From Candidatus Latescibacterota bacterium (GTDB lineage: Bacteria; Latescibacterota; UBA2968; UBA8231), in the NCBI GenBank assembly GCA_964291625.2, contig OZ220089.1, positions 2,528,001-2,592,000 on the forward strand: a stretch of 64,000 nucleotides of DNA, written 5' to 3'. How positions within the stretch are numbered: the first letter of the stretch is position 1; the number at the start of each line of letters is the position of its first letter. Shown here one piece after another: positions 20,525-29,495 of the stretch. The notes under the pieces were generated by a model that saw nothing but the letters and a program-made list of their open reading frames with translations, did no database searches and was not told the origin of the DNA. The position numbers were made by a program, and so were the translations under genes.

Positions 20525-21396
20525 GTATCCTCGTCGACAGAACGACCCGGGTCTTCGTCCAGGGGATTACCGGGTCCGAGGGGTCCTTCCACACCCGGCA
20601 GATGATCGAGTACGGCACCCGCGTCGTGGGCGGATCGACGCCCGGCAAGGGCGGTCAGACCTTCGAGGGCCTGCCCGTGTTCAACACCGTCGCCCAGGGC
20701 GTCGCCGAGACCGGGGCGGACGCCTCCGTCGTCTTTGTGCCCGCCCCCTTCGCCGCCGACGCGATCATGGAGGCGGCCGACGCCGGGATGGCTACCGTCG
20801 CCTGCATCAGCGAGGGCATCCCGGTGGCCGATATGGTGCGCGTGCGCGAATACCTGCGCGACCATCGCGGGACTCGCCTCATCGGCCCGAACTGCCCGGG
20901 CGTGATCACCCCGGGAGAGTGCAAGATCGGGATCATGCCCGGGTCGATCTTCCAAGCAGGAGACGTGGGGGTCGTCTCCCGTTCGGGCACGCTCACCTAC
21001 GAGGCGGTATGGCAGTTGACCGAAGGGGGTCTTGGCCAGTCGACATGCATAGGGATAGGCGGCGACCCGATCATCGGTACCAGCTTTCTGGAGGCCTTCA
21101 AGCTATTCCGCGACGACGAGGGCACCCGGGCCGTGGTCATGATCGGCGAGATCGGGGGCACTGCGGAAGAGGAGGCGGCGCGTTTCGTGCAGCGTCACTT
21201 CGATCGTCCGGTGATCGGCTTCATCGCCGGGCGGACCGCCCCTCCCGGCCGCAGGATGGGTCACGCGGGCGCCATTGTCTCCGGCGGCGAGGGAACCGCC
21301 GAGGACAAGATGAAGGCCATGGAGGCGGCCGGGATCCGCGTGTGCCGAAGCCCGGCCGAGATCGGCGAAACCGTGCACGAAGCGCTGGCGGGCTGA
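20521..21396 (+). CDS. sucD: Succinyl-CoA synthetase alpha subunit
   Basis: [27 protein letters not shown] and RMGHAGAI (phospho-His) motifs; ATG overlaps the sucC stop. Confidence 0.98.
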   Translation: MSILVDRTTRVFVQGITGSEGSFHTRQMIEYGTRVVGGSTPGKGGQTFEGLPVFNTVAQGVAETGADASVVFVPAPFAADAIMEAADAGMATVACISEGIPVADMVRVREYLRDHRGTRLIGPNCPGVITPGECKIGIMPGSIFQAGDVGVVSRSGTLTYEAVWQLTEGGLGQSTCIGIGGDPIIGTSFLEAFKLFRDDEGTRAVVMIGEIGGTAEEEAARFVQRHFDRPVIGFIAGRTAPPGRRMGHAGAIVSGGEGTAEDKMKAMEAAGIRVCRSPAEIGETVHEALAG

Positions 21397-21407
21397 ACCC
21401 GCCGGCC

Positions 21408-21917
21408 TCAGCCCTCTCCCGGCTGCGGCAGAAAGTGCACGCTGCCGGCGTGGCAGGTGGCGCAGTTCAGCTGGCCGCTCCCTGGGAGATCGACCCGGCC
21501 TTCAACCGTCCGGCCCGGCTCTCCTCCCGCGGTCTCTTCCACCATCGTGATGTAGATCCCGGCATCCTCGCCCCGGGGCTCGTGGCGGACGCTGATTCTC
21601 AGCGTCTCGTCCTCTTCCTTCAGCACCAGCTCTCCACCGCCTCGCGCCACCAGGCTGTCGACAAAGGCGCGCTTCATGATTCGGGCGACTTCCTTGTGCT
21701 CCGTCTCGGCCTCGTAGTCGACCCGTCCTTCCGACTTGACGTGGCAGTACAGGCAGCTCCTCACGCCCAGGGCGCGCACCACCTGCTTCATCGCTTTCAC
21801 CGTGCTCGCGCGGTCGGGGCCCCAGATCGTTGCGCCATCCTCCTCTGCCGAGGTCGGCAAGGCAACGATGGAGCAGACCAGCAGGCCGGCCAGGCCCCAC
21901 TTGCTTCCAATACGCAT
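21408..21917 (-). CDS. Secreted diheme c-type cytochrome, PufC (reaction-centre cytochrome c)-like repeat
   Basis: Signal peptide; M....ALGV..CLYCH, K.VAR.M and CATCHAG (two CxxCH motifs). Confidence 0.78.
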   Translation of the reverse strand: MRIGSKWGLAGLLVCSIVALPTSAEEDGATIWGPDRASTVKAMKQVVRALGVRSCLYCHVKSEGRVDYEAETEHKEVARIMKRAFVDSLVARGGGELVLKEEDETLRISVRHEPRGEDAGIYITMVEETAGGEPGRTVEGRVDLPGSGQLNCATCHAGSVHFLPQPGEG

Positions 21918-21988
21918 CACTATCCCCCCGGGCTTCTCATGCCCTCGACCAAGGTAGGATCGGCTGTTCTCGGCGCCAAGACGGGCAA

Positions 21989-22960
21989 TCACCCTTCGGG
22001 CCCGGCCTTGGACGGCATGTCCCGGCCACGGGCCTGAAGGTAGCCGCGGGTCCGGCCCGCCCAGCACAGGTAGTCGTACAGAATGGACGGCCAAGGCGCC
22101 TTCCCCATGCGTTCGGCCGGCCACCGGATACCTTGGTACAGGGGTCCCCAGAGGGCCAGGCGCGGCAACCATCTTCGTGGGTCGAGCAGGCCCCGGGTCA
22201 GGAAGCCGAGCCGCAGGACCGAAGCAAGGTCGGGGTGGGTGTCGACCATCCGGGGCAGCGACTTGCGCCCGTAGGTCTCCATGGCCCGGCATGTGTCGGC
22301 AAGCGGCCTCCAACTGTGATGGAGGGTTCGGGCCCCGGGTAGCGAGTGCACGGGCACTCCATGCAGGTGGAGGCGATACCCGAGTTCGAGGTCTTCGCCG
22401 CCGTAGGCCGACAGTCCCTCATCGAAGCCTCCGAGCGCATGCAGAATCGACAGAGGCACGGAGGAGTTGCCGGTGACGAAGCACTTGAAGGGCACGGGCC
22501 CTGGCTCGAAGCGGGCTACCCCGCGGCTGGCGAAATAGCGGGTGAGAGCGGTGTCCGGAATCTCGGGCCCCCAGCGGATCTGGCCGACGGCGGCGCATCC
22601 CGGGCTCTGCCGGTGGAAGGCATCGTGAGCAGACAGGAATCCGGGCCTGACGGTCATGTCTCCATCGAGAAAGACGACCACTTCCCCCCGGGCTGACTCG
22701 ATTCCGGCGTTGCGTGCCGCTGCCCGGCCGCGGTTTCGCTCGAAATGGATGGAGCGCATCGGCAGAGGCGCGGCGAGTTCCGGGAGTGGAAAGGGGTCGA
22801 AGCCCGGCGAGCCATCGTCGACCACGATGATCTCCGCCATGCCGGCCGCTACATCCTGGGCGGCCAGGGAGCGCAAGGCCGCGGCCAGCAGCTCCGGCGC
22901 GCGGTATGTGGGCAGGACCACGGAGAGCCGGAGACCGCCGAAGGGCTCCGGGGTGGTCAC
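21989..22960 (-). CDS. GT2 family glycosyltransferase
   Basis: SVVLPTY, IIVVDDGS, AARN.G, FLDGD and GGFDE...YGGEDLELGYRL motifs. Confidence 0.92.
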   Translation of the reverse strand: MTTPEPFGGLRLSVVLPTYRAPELLAAALRSLAAQDVAAGMAEIIVVDDGSPGFDPFPLPELAAPLPMRSIHFERNRGRAAARNAGIESARGEVVVFLDGDMTVRPGFLSAHDAFHRQSPGCAAVGQIRWGPEIPDTALTRYFASRGVARFEPGPVPFKCFVTGNSSVPLSILHALGGFDEGLSAYGGEDLELGYRLHLHGVPVHSLPGARTLHHSWRPLADTCRAMETYGRKSLPRMVDTHPDLASVLRLGFLTRGLLDPRRWLPRLALWGPLYQGIRWPAERMGKAPWPSILYDYLCWAGRTRGYLQARGRDMPSKAGPEG

Positions 22961-24108
22961 AGTTGCGCGTACGCCTCCAGCAACCGCGGGGCCTCCCGCT
23001 CCCAGCAGTAGCGCCGGGCGGACCTCGCGGCCGCTTCGCCCAGTTGCCGCCGGCGGGGCTCATCGGTCAGCAACTCGCGCAGGGGGTCGGCGATGGCGTC
23101 CGGATCTGCCGGATCGACGAGGACGCCGGCTCCCGTGTCCTCGATCACGCGGCGGATTTCGGGCGTATCCCCGGCGAGAACGGGCAGTCCGGCCATCAGG
23201 TACTCGAAGAGCTTGTTGGGCATGGACCAGAGAAAGCTGTTCCCCGCCGGCTTGATCACGCACAGGCCCAGATCGGCTCCGCAGGTGAGAGCGTGCAACT
23301 GCGGAAAGGGTCTGCGCGGCAGGAAGTGCACCCGGTCGTGCAGGCCCAGTGACGCCACCTGGCGGCGCAAGCCCCCCTCCATGGGACCGCTGCCGAGCAG
23401 CACGAGTCGCCCCACTCCTATGCGGCTCATGGCGGTGATCTGTTCGGCCAGCCCGTTGTCGGTGAGGAACCCGCCCTGGTACAGGGCCAGCGGCTCGTCA
23501 TCGCCGTCCAGTCCGAGGGCCTGACGGAGGCCGTCGCCGGAGACAGGCTCGCGGAAGGGCGGCAGGTTGCGGACAAGGACCGGCGGAGGCTCCAGGTCAT
23601 AGGTCTGCTGAAGTGTGTCGGCGATGGCTGCGCTGACCGTCAGCACCCGGTCGACGCGCCGGACGAGGCGGCGTTCCAGCCAGCCCCAGAAACCGCGCAC
23701 GGCGGCCCTCCGCACCAAGGAGGATTGCTCGACGAACAACTCGTGGGAGTCATACACCAGGCAGGCCCCACGGCGCCCGGCTGCCCGCGCGGCCGGCCAC
23801 AAGGCGTCGAGATCGTGGGCGTGGTAGACATCCGCGTCCACCTCCCAGGCGAGTCTCGCCGCCCGGTGCCAGAAGACCGGGTATGTCCGCCGCAGGGATT
23901 TCGAGCGATCCACCGGGATTCGGCGGAACTCGAAGTCGTCCCACACCGACGGCAGGCGGCCGCCGAAGTCGGAGGCGACCAGCACGACTTGGTGACCGGC
24001 GGTCCTCAGCGCGTCGGCCTCGCGGAAGACGCGGAAGTCGAATCGCAGGTCCCCGAAGAGGACCATGCACACCCGCATCAGCCTGGCATCCGGTTGTCTT
24101 CGAGGCAT
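22957..24108 (-). CDS. GT4 family glycosyltransferase
   Basis: D.RV.REA, YHAHD, VYDSHEL and PNKLFEYLMAGLPV motifs; alternative start at 24078. Confidence 0.9.
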   Translation of the reverse strand: MPRRQPDARLMRVCMVLFGDLRFDFRVFREADALRTAGHQVVLVASDFGGRLPSVWDDFEFRRIPVDRSKSLRRTYPVFWHRAARLAWEVDADVYHAHDLDALWPAARAAGRRGACLVYDSHELFVEQSSLVRRAAVRGFWGWLERRLVRRVDRVLTVSAAIADTLQQTYDLEPPPVLVRNLPPFREPVSGDGLRQALGLDGDDEPLALYQGGFLTDNGLAEQITAMSRIGVGRLVLLGSGPMEGGLRRQVASLGLHDRVHFLPRRPFPQLHALTCGADLGLCVIKPAGNSFLWSMPNKLFEYLMAGLPVLAGDTPEIRRVIEDTGAGVLVDPADPDAIADPLRELLTDEPRRRQLGEAAARSARRYCWEREAPRLLEAYAQL

Positions 24109-24142
24109 GGGGAGCCGCCGGGGCAGGTCCCGGAGGGCGCGG

Positions 24143-24610
24143 TCAGCGAGCGTTCAGGCGGAACTGCCCGTTCTCGATGGCCGCCTCCAGCTCCGCTCGA
24201 AACAGGCTGTCGGTGTGTACCGTGATCTTCCAGCCATCCGGATCTCGCAGGAAATAGTAGAAGGGGCCCTCGCCTTCCGGGACGGTCGACCGATCGAACT
24301 GGAGGTAGGCGACGCGCTCGTTGATGCGTCGTTCCTCCGAGATTTCTCGCCGTGCAACCTCCCGCGCCAACTGACGGCCCTCGTCGCCGGCGATCACCTT
24401 CCGCCAGGCCGCCAAGTCGCCGCCGAGGTCACGCTCCCGGTGGCTCTGGCTCAGGCAGGCCCAGGCCGCATCCCCATCTCCCCGGGACAAGGCATCGCGA
24501 TAGGCGGAAAAGGTGGAAGCGGGACTGGCGAACCGGAGATCCGGCTCCCCGCCACAGGCGAGCAGCAGAGCCAGCCCGAGCCAGCAAAGGGCCGAGGTGC
24601 GCCGACTCAC
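24143..24610 (-). CDS. Hypothetical lipoprotein
   Basis: Lipobox LLLAC. The P..T...Y..AL..GD...A...LS and GWKI motifs suggest an NTF2-like fold (inference). Confidence 0.7.
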   Translation of the reverse strand: MSRRTSALCWLGLALLLACGGEPDLRFASPASTFSAYRDALSRGDGDAAWACLSQSHRERDLGGDLAAWRKVIAGDEGRQLAREVARREISEERRINERVAYLQFDRSTVPEGEGPFYYFLRDPDGWKITVHTDSLFRAELEAAIENGQFRLNAR

Positions 24611-24629
24611 CGTCCAGCTCTCCGGAGGC

Positions 24630-25307
24630 TCAGGGCCGGGCGCCCCGGACGCGCTCGATCTCGTCGCGCAGGAGGGCGGCCTTCTCGTAGTCCTCGCGGA
24701 TCACGGCCTGCTGGAGCCGGTGCTGCAGTTCGGCGAGGCGGTTCCGCTCCTTGTCCATGACAGGAGCGGTCCTTGCCTCGGCGGCATCGGCCTGTGCCCG
24801 GTCGCCCAGGATCTGCGGATCGACCTCGTAGAAACGCGACATGGTGCGCTCGGGGTCGGCGCCATCGGGGGCCGAGGAGAGGCTGGCGAGATCGAGCAAC
24901 TCGCGCGTGATGTAGACGGGGGCATCGGTGCGCAACGCCAGGGCCACACCATCGGAAGGCCGGCAATCGAGCTCTCGCAGGCGGCCATCTCGCTCGACCA
25001 CGGTCGACGCAAGGAAGGCCTGGCCCTGAACGGAGTGGATAACCACGCGGCGGACCGGGACTGTCAGCTCCCCGAGAAGCGAGGCGAGCAGGTCGTGGGG
25101 AATCGGCCGCAGAGCCCGGTCGCCACTCAGCTGCATCTGGATCGCCGCGGCCTCGAACTCGCCAACGGCGATCGGCAGCAACCGGGGCTGGGGCGAATCC
25201 TTCTCGCACAGCCACATCAATGGCTGTTCGGCGCGCAGATAGGGGCTGACCTTGAGGACCGTCATCTCGACGAGCACCCTGCGGGGTCTGCTGCGATTCT
25301 CCGTCAT
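24630..25307 (-). CDS. Bifunctional nuclease (DUF151) domain protein with C-terminal UVR domain, paralog B
   Basis: LPIAVG.FEA.AI, RPIPHDL, DCRPSDGVALALR, then LQQAVIREDYEKAALLRDEI. Alternative start at 25358. Confidence 0.88.
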   Translation of the reverse strand: MTENRSRPRRVLVEMTVLKVSPYLRAEQPLMWLCEKDSPQPRLLPIAVGEFEAAAIQMQLSGDRALRPIPHDLLASLLGELTVPVRRVVIHSVQGQAFLASTVVERDGRLRELDCRPSDGVALALRTDAPVYITRELLDLASLSSAPDGADPERTMSRFYEVDPQILGDRAQADAAEARTAPVMDKERNRLAELQHRLQQAVIREDYEKAALLRDEIERVRGARP

Positions 25308-25344
25308 CGATCGAGCCTCGTCGTGTGGTCTCTTCAGATGCCCG

Positions 25345-25923
25345 TCATGGGATTGCATTCAGATGGTCCCGTAAACGCGCCGCCTCCTCGTAGGCCTCTT
25401 CGGCGATGGCCATGCGGAGCCGTTTCTCCAGTTGCTGCTTCTCCGTCATGCCGGGCTCGGAGTCGGCGAGGAGCTCTTCGAGGCTGACCAGGCACTGCGG
25501 CTGGCCGGCGTCCCCCGTCTCGCCGTCGATCGAGGCCTCCCCCTCATCGAGAACACTCTCGTCGGCAAAAATCGGAGCGCCGGTGCGCAACGCAAGGGCG
25601 ATGGCGTCGGACGGGCGCGAGTCGACTACGTGCTCACCCCCCTCGTCGTCGGCGAGGTGGATCTCGGCGTAGTAGATGCCGTCCTGAAGACTGGTGATGG
25701 CCACCTGCCGGATGCTGGCGCCGGCCTCATCCAACAACGACCTGGCCATGTCGTAGCTCAGAGGCCTCGGGGCCTCCTGGCCGCGATGCGCGAGGGAGAT
25801 GGCCCGCGCCTCGGCAGGTCCGATGACGATGTGGAGGTTGCCGACGCCGTCCTTGGCTCGCAGGAGGACGCGCTGGTAGGCCCGGGAGGATACCTGAACC
25901 TGGTGAACTTCCATTTCAACCAT
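25345..25923 (-). CDS. Bifunctional nuclease (DUF151) domain protein with C-terminal UVR domain, paralog A
   Basis: I.IGPAEA.AI, PRPLSYD, DSRPSDAIALALR..APIF, then AIAEEAYEEAARLRD. Confidence 0.88.
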   Translation of the reverse strand: MVEMEVHQVQVSSRAYQRVLLRAKDGVGNLHIVIGPAEARAISLAHRGQEAPRPLSYDMARSLLDEAGASIRQVAITSLQDGIYYAEIHLADDEGGEHVVDSRPSDAIALALRTGAPIFADESVLDEGEASIDGETGDAGQPQCLVSLEELLADSEPGMTEKQQLEKRLRMAIAEEAYEEAARLRDHLNAIP

Positions 25924-25955
25924 GGTTCAATCTCCGACCTGCATCGTGGGAGGGA

Positions 25956-25991
25956 GGCGTCAATATAGGACGCCCCAAAAAGCACTGTCAA
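25956..25991 (-). promoter_or_regulatory. Sigma70 promoter with a palindromic operator around the -10 box
   Basis: TTGACA (25991-25986), 18-bp spacer, TATATT (25967-25962). Inverted repeat GGCGTC-N7-GACGCC at 25956-25974. Confidence 0.62.
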
Positions 25992-26015
25992 TTCAAGCGT
26001 AAGTGCCTATGGATA

Positions 26016-26204
26016 TTAGAGATGCGTCGAAGCATCCGGAGGGCGTCGGGGGCCGTCCCCCGTTCTCTCCAGGCGATCCTCCAGCTCCTGCAGACGGCGC
26101 CACAACTCGCGGTCCCTCCGCCCGAGACGGTTCATATAGAAGGCGAGCAGGAGGAAGAAGGCACCGTAGGCCGTGCCCAGGTGGATGAGGCCGGTGGTCT
26201 CCAA
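26016..26204 (-). CDS. CcmD-like small membrane protein
   Basis: N-terminal hydrophobic segment with the AY motif and a charged tail, directly after ccmC; TTG start. Confidence 0.65.
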   Translation of the reverse strand: METTGLIHLGTAYGAFFLLLAFYMNRLGRRDRELWRRLQELEDRLERTGDGPRRPPDASTHL

Positions 26205-26222
26205 GCGATCCCTCCTTCGTGT

Positions 26223-26924
26223 TCAGCCGGGCCCTGCTTGGCGCAGGAACTGGCGCAGGCGGGCGGCCAGCCGCTCCTGGCTGAGGCGCAGCCGCATGAG
26301 GTGCAGGAACAGGCAGCCGAAGGCGGCGTAGCAGAGATACTTGGTGTGAGACATGGCCGGCCCCAGCTCGATCCCCGGCGGATGGAGCTGCTGTGCCGCG
26401 GACCACATGTGGACGGAGAGGTGCACGAGGGGGACATTGACGAAAGCGACGATGCCGAAGACCGCGGCGAAGCGCTGGCTCCGTTCTCCGGGCTCGGCGT
26501 AGGAGCGCACCATCAGATAGGCGACGTAGGTGGTGAAGGTGATCAGCATCGTGGTCAGCCGGGGTTCCCACCGCCAGAACACCCCCCAGACAGGTTTGGC
26601 CCACAAGGGGCCGCTGACGAGGACGAAGAGGGAGAACATCACCCCCAGTTCGGCGCTGACGCCGGCGAAGCGGTCCCATCGGTCGCGGCGACTGATCAGG
26701 TAGAGAAGGCTGCCGAGAAAGACCAGGAAGTACGCCACCCCGGCGGAGAGGGCGGCGGAGACATGGAAGTAGAAGATGCGCTGCAACCACGGCCAGGCGC
26801 CGCCCATCTGCGGGTTGTTGTCGTCCGGCGCATAGAGGAACACCGCGGCCAAGGCCACCACCATCAGGACGGTGGCGGCCAGGCCGAGGAGCCCGGCGTA
26901 TCGAGGCGAGTGACTCGCGTCCAT
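26223..26924 (-). CDS. ccmC: Heme exporter protein C
   Basis: RIFYFHV, WAKPVWGVFWRWEPRLT (WWD-like domain) and QLHP motifs. Confidence 0.92.
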   Translation of the reverse strand: MDASHSPRYAGLLGLAATVLMVVALAAVFLYAPDDNNPQMGGAWPWLQRIFYFHVSAALSAGVAYFLVFLGSLLYLISRRDRWDRFAGVSAELGVMFSLFVLVSGPLWAKPVWGVFWRWEPRLTTMLITFTTYVAYLMVRSYAEPGERSQRFAAVFGIVAFVNVPLVHLSVHMWSAAQQLHPPGIELGPAMSHTKYLCYAAFGCLFLHLMRLRLSQERLAARLRQFLRQAGPG

Positions 26925-26941
26925 GGACCGTGCGTCAGGAC

Positions 26942-27652
26942 TCACTCTTCGATGACGAAGTCGAAGAGCATCAGAGCAAGGATGGTGAAGACGATGGCGA
27001 ACAGAGCCAGCATGGCGACGTGGACGGTCAGCTCCTCCGGCCACAGCGTTCCGGCCCGACCCGGGGCGACCGAAGCCAGGACCGCGCCGGTGGCCGCCAC
27101 GCAGGAAATCAGCGCCGGGAGGAGGATGGGGAGCAGGAGCAGCGGCAGCAGCAGTTCCCGCAGGCGAGAGTGCCCGGCCATGGCGGCGAACAAGGTGCCC
27201 ACGGATGCAACGCAGGCGGATCCAAGCACGAAGATGACGGCGATCGGCAGCAGGTAGGGGCCCGGGCTGAGGTTAAAGAAGAGGCCGAAGAAGGGCAAGG
27301 TGAGCACCTGCACGCCCAGGAGGAACAGCACGTTTCCTCCCATCTTGGCCAGGTAGAGCGATCTCCGCTCCACCGGCGCCGCGAGCAATGCGTCGAGACA
27401 GCCGTTGCGGGTCTCGTTGACGAAGGTGCGCTGCAGCCCGAAGAGGCTCGTGAAGACGAAACACGACCACAGCACGCCGGGGCCGATTTCCCAAAGGGCC
27501 GCGCCTCCCAGCTCGAAGCTGAAGTTGAAGACCAGCATCACCAGCAGCACGAAGAAGACCATCGGGCTCAGCCGCTCCCTGGTGCGCCACTCGGCGGACA
27601 GGTCCTTGCGCAGCAGGATCCAGGCGTGCCCCACGGTCCCTGGCAGCCTCAC
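26942..27652 (-). CDS. ccmB: Heme exporter protein B
   Basis: KDL..EWR, PGVLW, F..E...G.LD.L and RELLLPLLLLP motifs; GTG overlaps the ccmA stop. Confidence 0.92.
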   Translation of the reverse strand: MRLPGTVGHAWILLRKDLSAEWRTRERLSPMVFFVLLVMLVFNFSFELGGAALWEIGPGVLWSCFVFTSLFGLQRTFVNETRNGCLDALLAAPVERRSLYLAKMGGNVLFLLGVQVLTLPFFGLFFNLSPGPYLLPIAVIFVLGSACVASVGTLFAAMAGHSRLRELLLPLLLLPILLPALISCVAATGAVLASVAPGRAGTLWPEELTVHVAMLALFAIVFTILALMLFDFVIEE

Positions 27653-28344
27653 GGCGGGTCTTCCAGATGGCGGTCGCACAAGGCCTGCAGGGCCTTGCCG
27701 TCGCCGGACCACCCGGCGTCCAGGGCCACGCGGCCCTGACGGAGCACGACCACGCGGTTGGTGGTGGCCGCCACCTGATCCACCTTGTGGGTCACGACCA
27801 CGGTGGAGTATTCGGCAGAGGCGGCGCGCTCGCTCAGACTCGCCGCAACCGCTGTGGAGGCGGCTCCGTCGAGACCGGTGAAGGGCTCGTCCAGAAGAAG
27901 CACCTCGGGACCGTGAAGGGTGGCGCGCGCCAGGGCGGCCCGCTGCTGCAGGCCTCGCGACAGGACGCCGGCTCGGGTGTCGGCCCGCCCGGCCAGGCCC
28001 ACTCCATCGAGGGCGGCATCGGCGGCGCCGGGTGGCGCTCCGTAGAGGCGGGCGAAGAAACGCAGGTTCTCCCTCACCGTCAGATCGTCGTAGAGCTGCG
28101 TCTGGTGGGAGAGCAGCCCCAGCCGCTGCCGCAACCGGGACCGCCGCGGGTCCTCCCCGTCGATCCGCACCAAGCCGGCCGACGGGCCCGTCAAGCCGGC
28201 CAGCAAGCGCAGCAAGGTGGTCTTGCCGGCGCCGTTGGCCCCGGCCAGCAGCAGGTGGGTGCCGGGGTCGACGGCCAGATCGACGCCGTCGAGGGCGACC
28301 GTGTTGCCGTAGTGCTTGCGCAGCTCTTCCACGCGAAGCAGCAC
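27649..28344 (-). CDS. ccmA: Heme ABC exporter ATP-binding protein CcmA
   Basis: GANGAGKTT, LSRGLQQR and LLLDEPFTGLD motifs; C-terminal part of ORF 27649..29685. Confidence 0.9.
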   Translation of the reverse strand: MLLRVEELRKHYGNTVALDGVDLAVDPGTHLLLAGANGAGKTTLLRLLAGLTGPSAGLVRIDGEDPRRSRLRQRLGLLSHQTQLYDDLTVRENLRFFARLYGAPPGAADAALDGVGLAGRADTRAGVLSRGLQQRAALARATLHGPEVLLLDEPFTGLDGAASTAVAASLSERAASAEYSTVVVTHKVDQVAATTNRVVVLRQGRVALDAGWSGDGKALQALCDRHLEDPP

Positions 28345-28352
28345 GGTGAGTC

Positions 28353-29495
28353 TCAGGCGTCCTCGGCGTCCAGGCCGAGACGCCGGTAGACCTCGACGGC
28401 CTCGACCATGACCAGATGCCGCGGGCGGGCCTGTGAGTCCGGCCCTTGCGAGAGATCTCGAACGGCGTCGAGTTGTGACAGTTCGGCCAGCAGCTCCCGC
28501 CGCCGCTGTTCCAGCCTTTCGCGATCCTCCGCGGTCGGGGCGGGCGACTCCGTGGGTCCGGCCGTCGTCCGGGCCAGGGCGGCGACGGTGATCAGAACCA
28601 CCGGCACGAGCGCCAGAATGGCCCACTTCAGGGCCCAGCGCAGCGGCCTCGGGATCGGCAGCGGCACAGTCACGGTGCGGCCGGGGGCCAGGCCCTCGAG
28701 GCGGAAGTGGCGGTAGTCCCGATCCTGGATGGTGACTCGGCCCAGGTCTTGGAAGGGCGCGCCGAGGGAGATCTCCGGAGGCTGCAGAAACAGCTCCAGG
28801 CGATCCGTCGGGTAGATGACGGTGTGCTCGTAGCCGCCGCTCTCCAAGGCCGCCGCGGGCAGCTGGAAGGTGAAGGCGGCCTGGGTCGAGCCCGGGGGCA
28901 GAGGCCGCGAGTCGAAGGCCCGGGTCGGCCCGGCGCGCACGATGGCGCCGGCGTGCGCCTCCAGACCGAGATGGCCCGCGGGCAGTGCCAACTCGAGAAC
29001 CCGGCGCTCCTCCCCTGCCAGGCGGCCCACAAAGGTGGCCGATCCGTGGTTCTCCGCGTGCACCAACTGCAGGACCTCGAGGCCCCGCTCCCTCACCGAG
29101 AGGAACAGGTGATGGGCGGCGACGTGGATGCCGGAGGGGTCGTCGGTGCCATCGTAGACCTCGAGAATCACCCGGTCCTGGTTGCCCACCACCAGGTCCC
29201 GGGTGCCGTACTCCAGGTCGCGGTAGTAGGCGGTGAGGGCGAAGGGGGTGCCCGCCGACAGAAAGGGGGCGGCGAAGGAGAAGCCGCCGGTCTCGTCGGT
29301 GGTGCGCCGGGCGATCTCGGTGACTCCCCCGCCTTGGTCCGGGACCAGGAAGGCGACTTCGACTCCGGGCACGCGCTCGTCTCGAAGCACGTCCAGGACG
29401 TATCCCCTCACTGTTGCCGCGGAGGCCGGTGACGACATGCCCGCCGCCAGGGCGGACAGGACCGCGACCACCCAGGGACGGAGGAGCCGTGTCAT
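28353..29495 (-). CDS. Uncharacterised exported, membrane-anchored protein within the ccm cluster
   Basis: Signal peptide, carboxypeptidase-regulatory-like start (TTDETGGFSF), beta-rich body, C-terminal TM segment and helical tail. C-terminal part of ORF 28353..32396. Confidence 0.72.
   Translation of the reverse strand: MTRLLRPWVVAVLSALAAGMSSPASAATVRGYVLDVLRDERVPGVEVAFLVPDQGGGVTEIARRTTDETGGFSFAAPFLSAGTPFALTAYYRDLEYGTRDLVVGNQDRVILEVYDGTDDPSGIHVAAHHLFLSVRERGLEVLQLVHAENHGSATFVGRLAGEERRVLELALPAGHLGLEAHAGAIVRAGPTRAFDSRPLPPGSTQAAFTFQLPAAALESGGYEHTVIYPTDRLELFLQPPEISLGAPFQDLGRVTIQDRDYRHFRLEGLAPGRTVTVPLPIPRPLRWALKWAILALVPVVLITVAALARTTAGPTESPAPTAEDRERLEQRRRELLAELSQLDAVRDLSQGPDSQARPRHLVMVEAVEVYRRLGLDAEDA

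Noticed and set aside
21408-21917. Evidence of phototrophy from the PufC-like cytochrome
   Set aside because: It has only two hemes and no pufLM or bch genes are in the window; such domains occur in non-phototrophs.
25981-26007. CIRCE (HrcA) element
   Set aside because: The arms resemble CIRCE, but the spacing between GCACT and AGTGC is 15 nt rather than 11 and the outer bases do not match.
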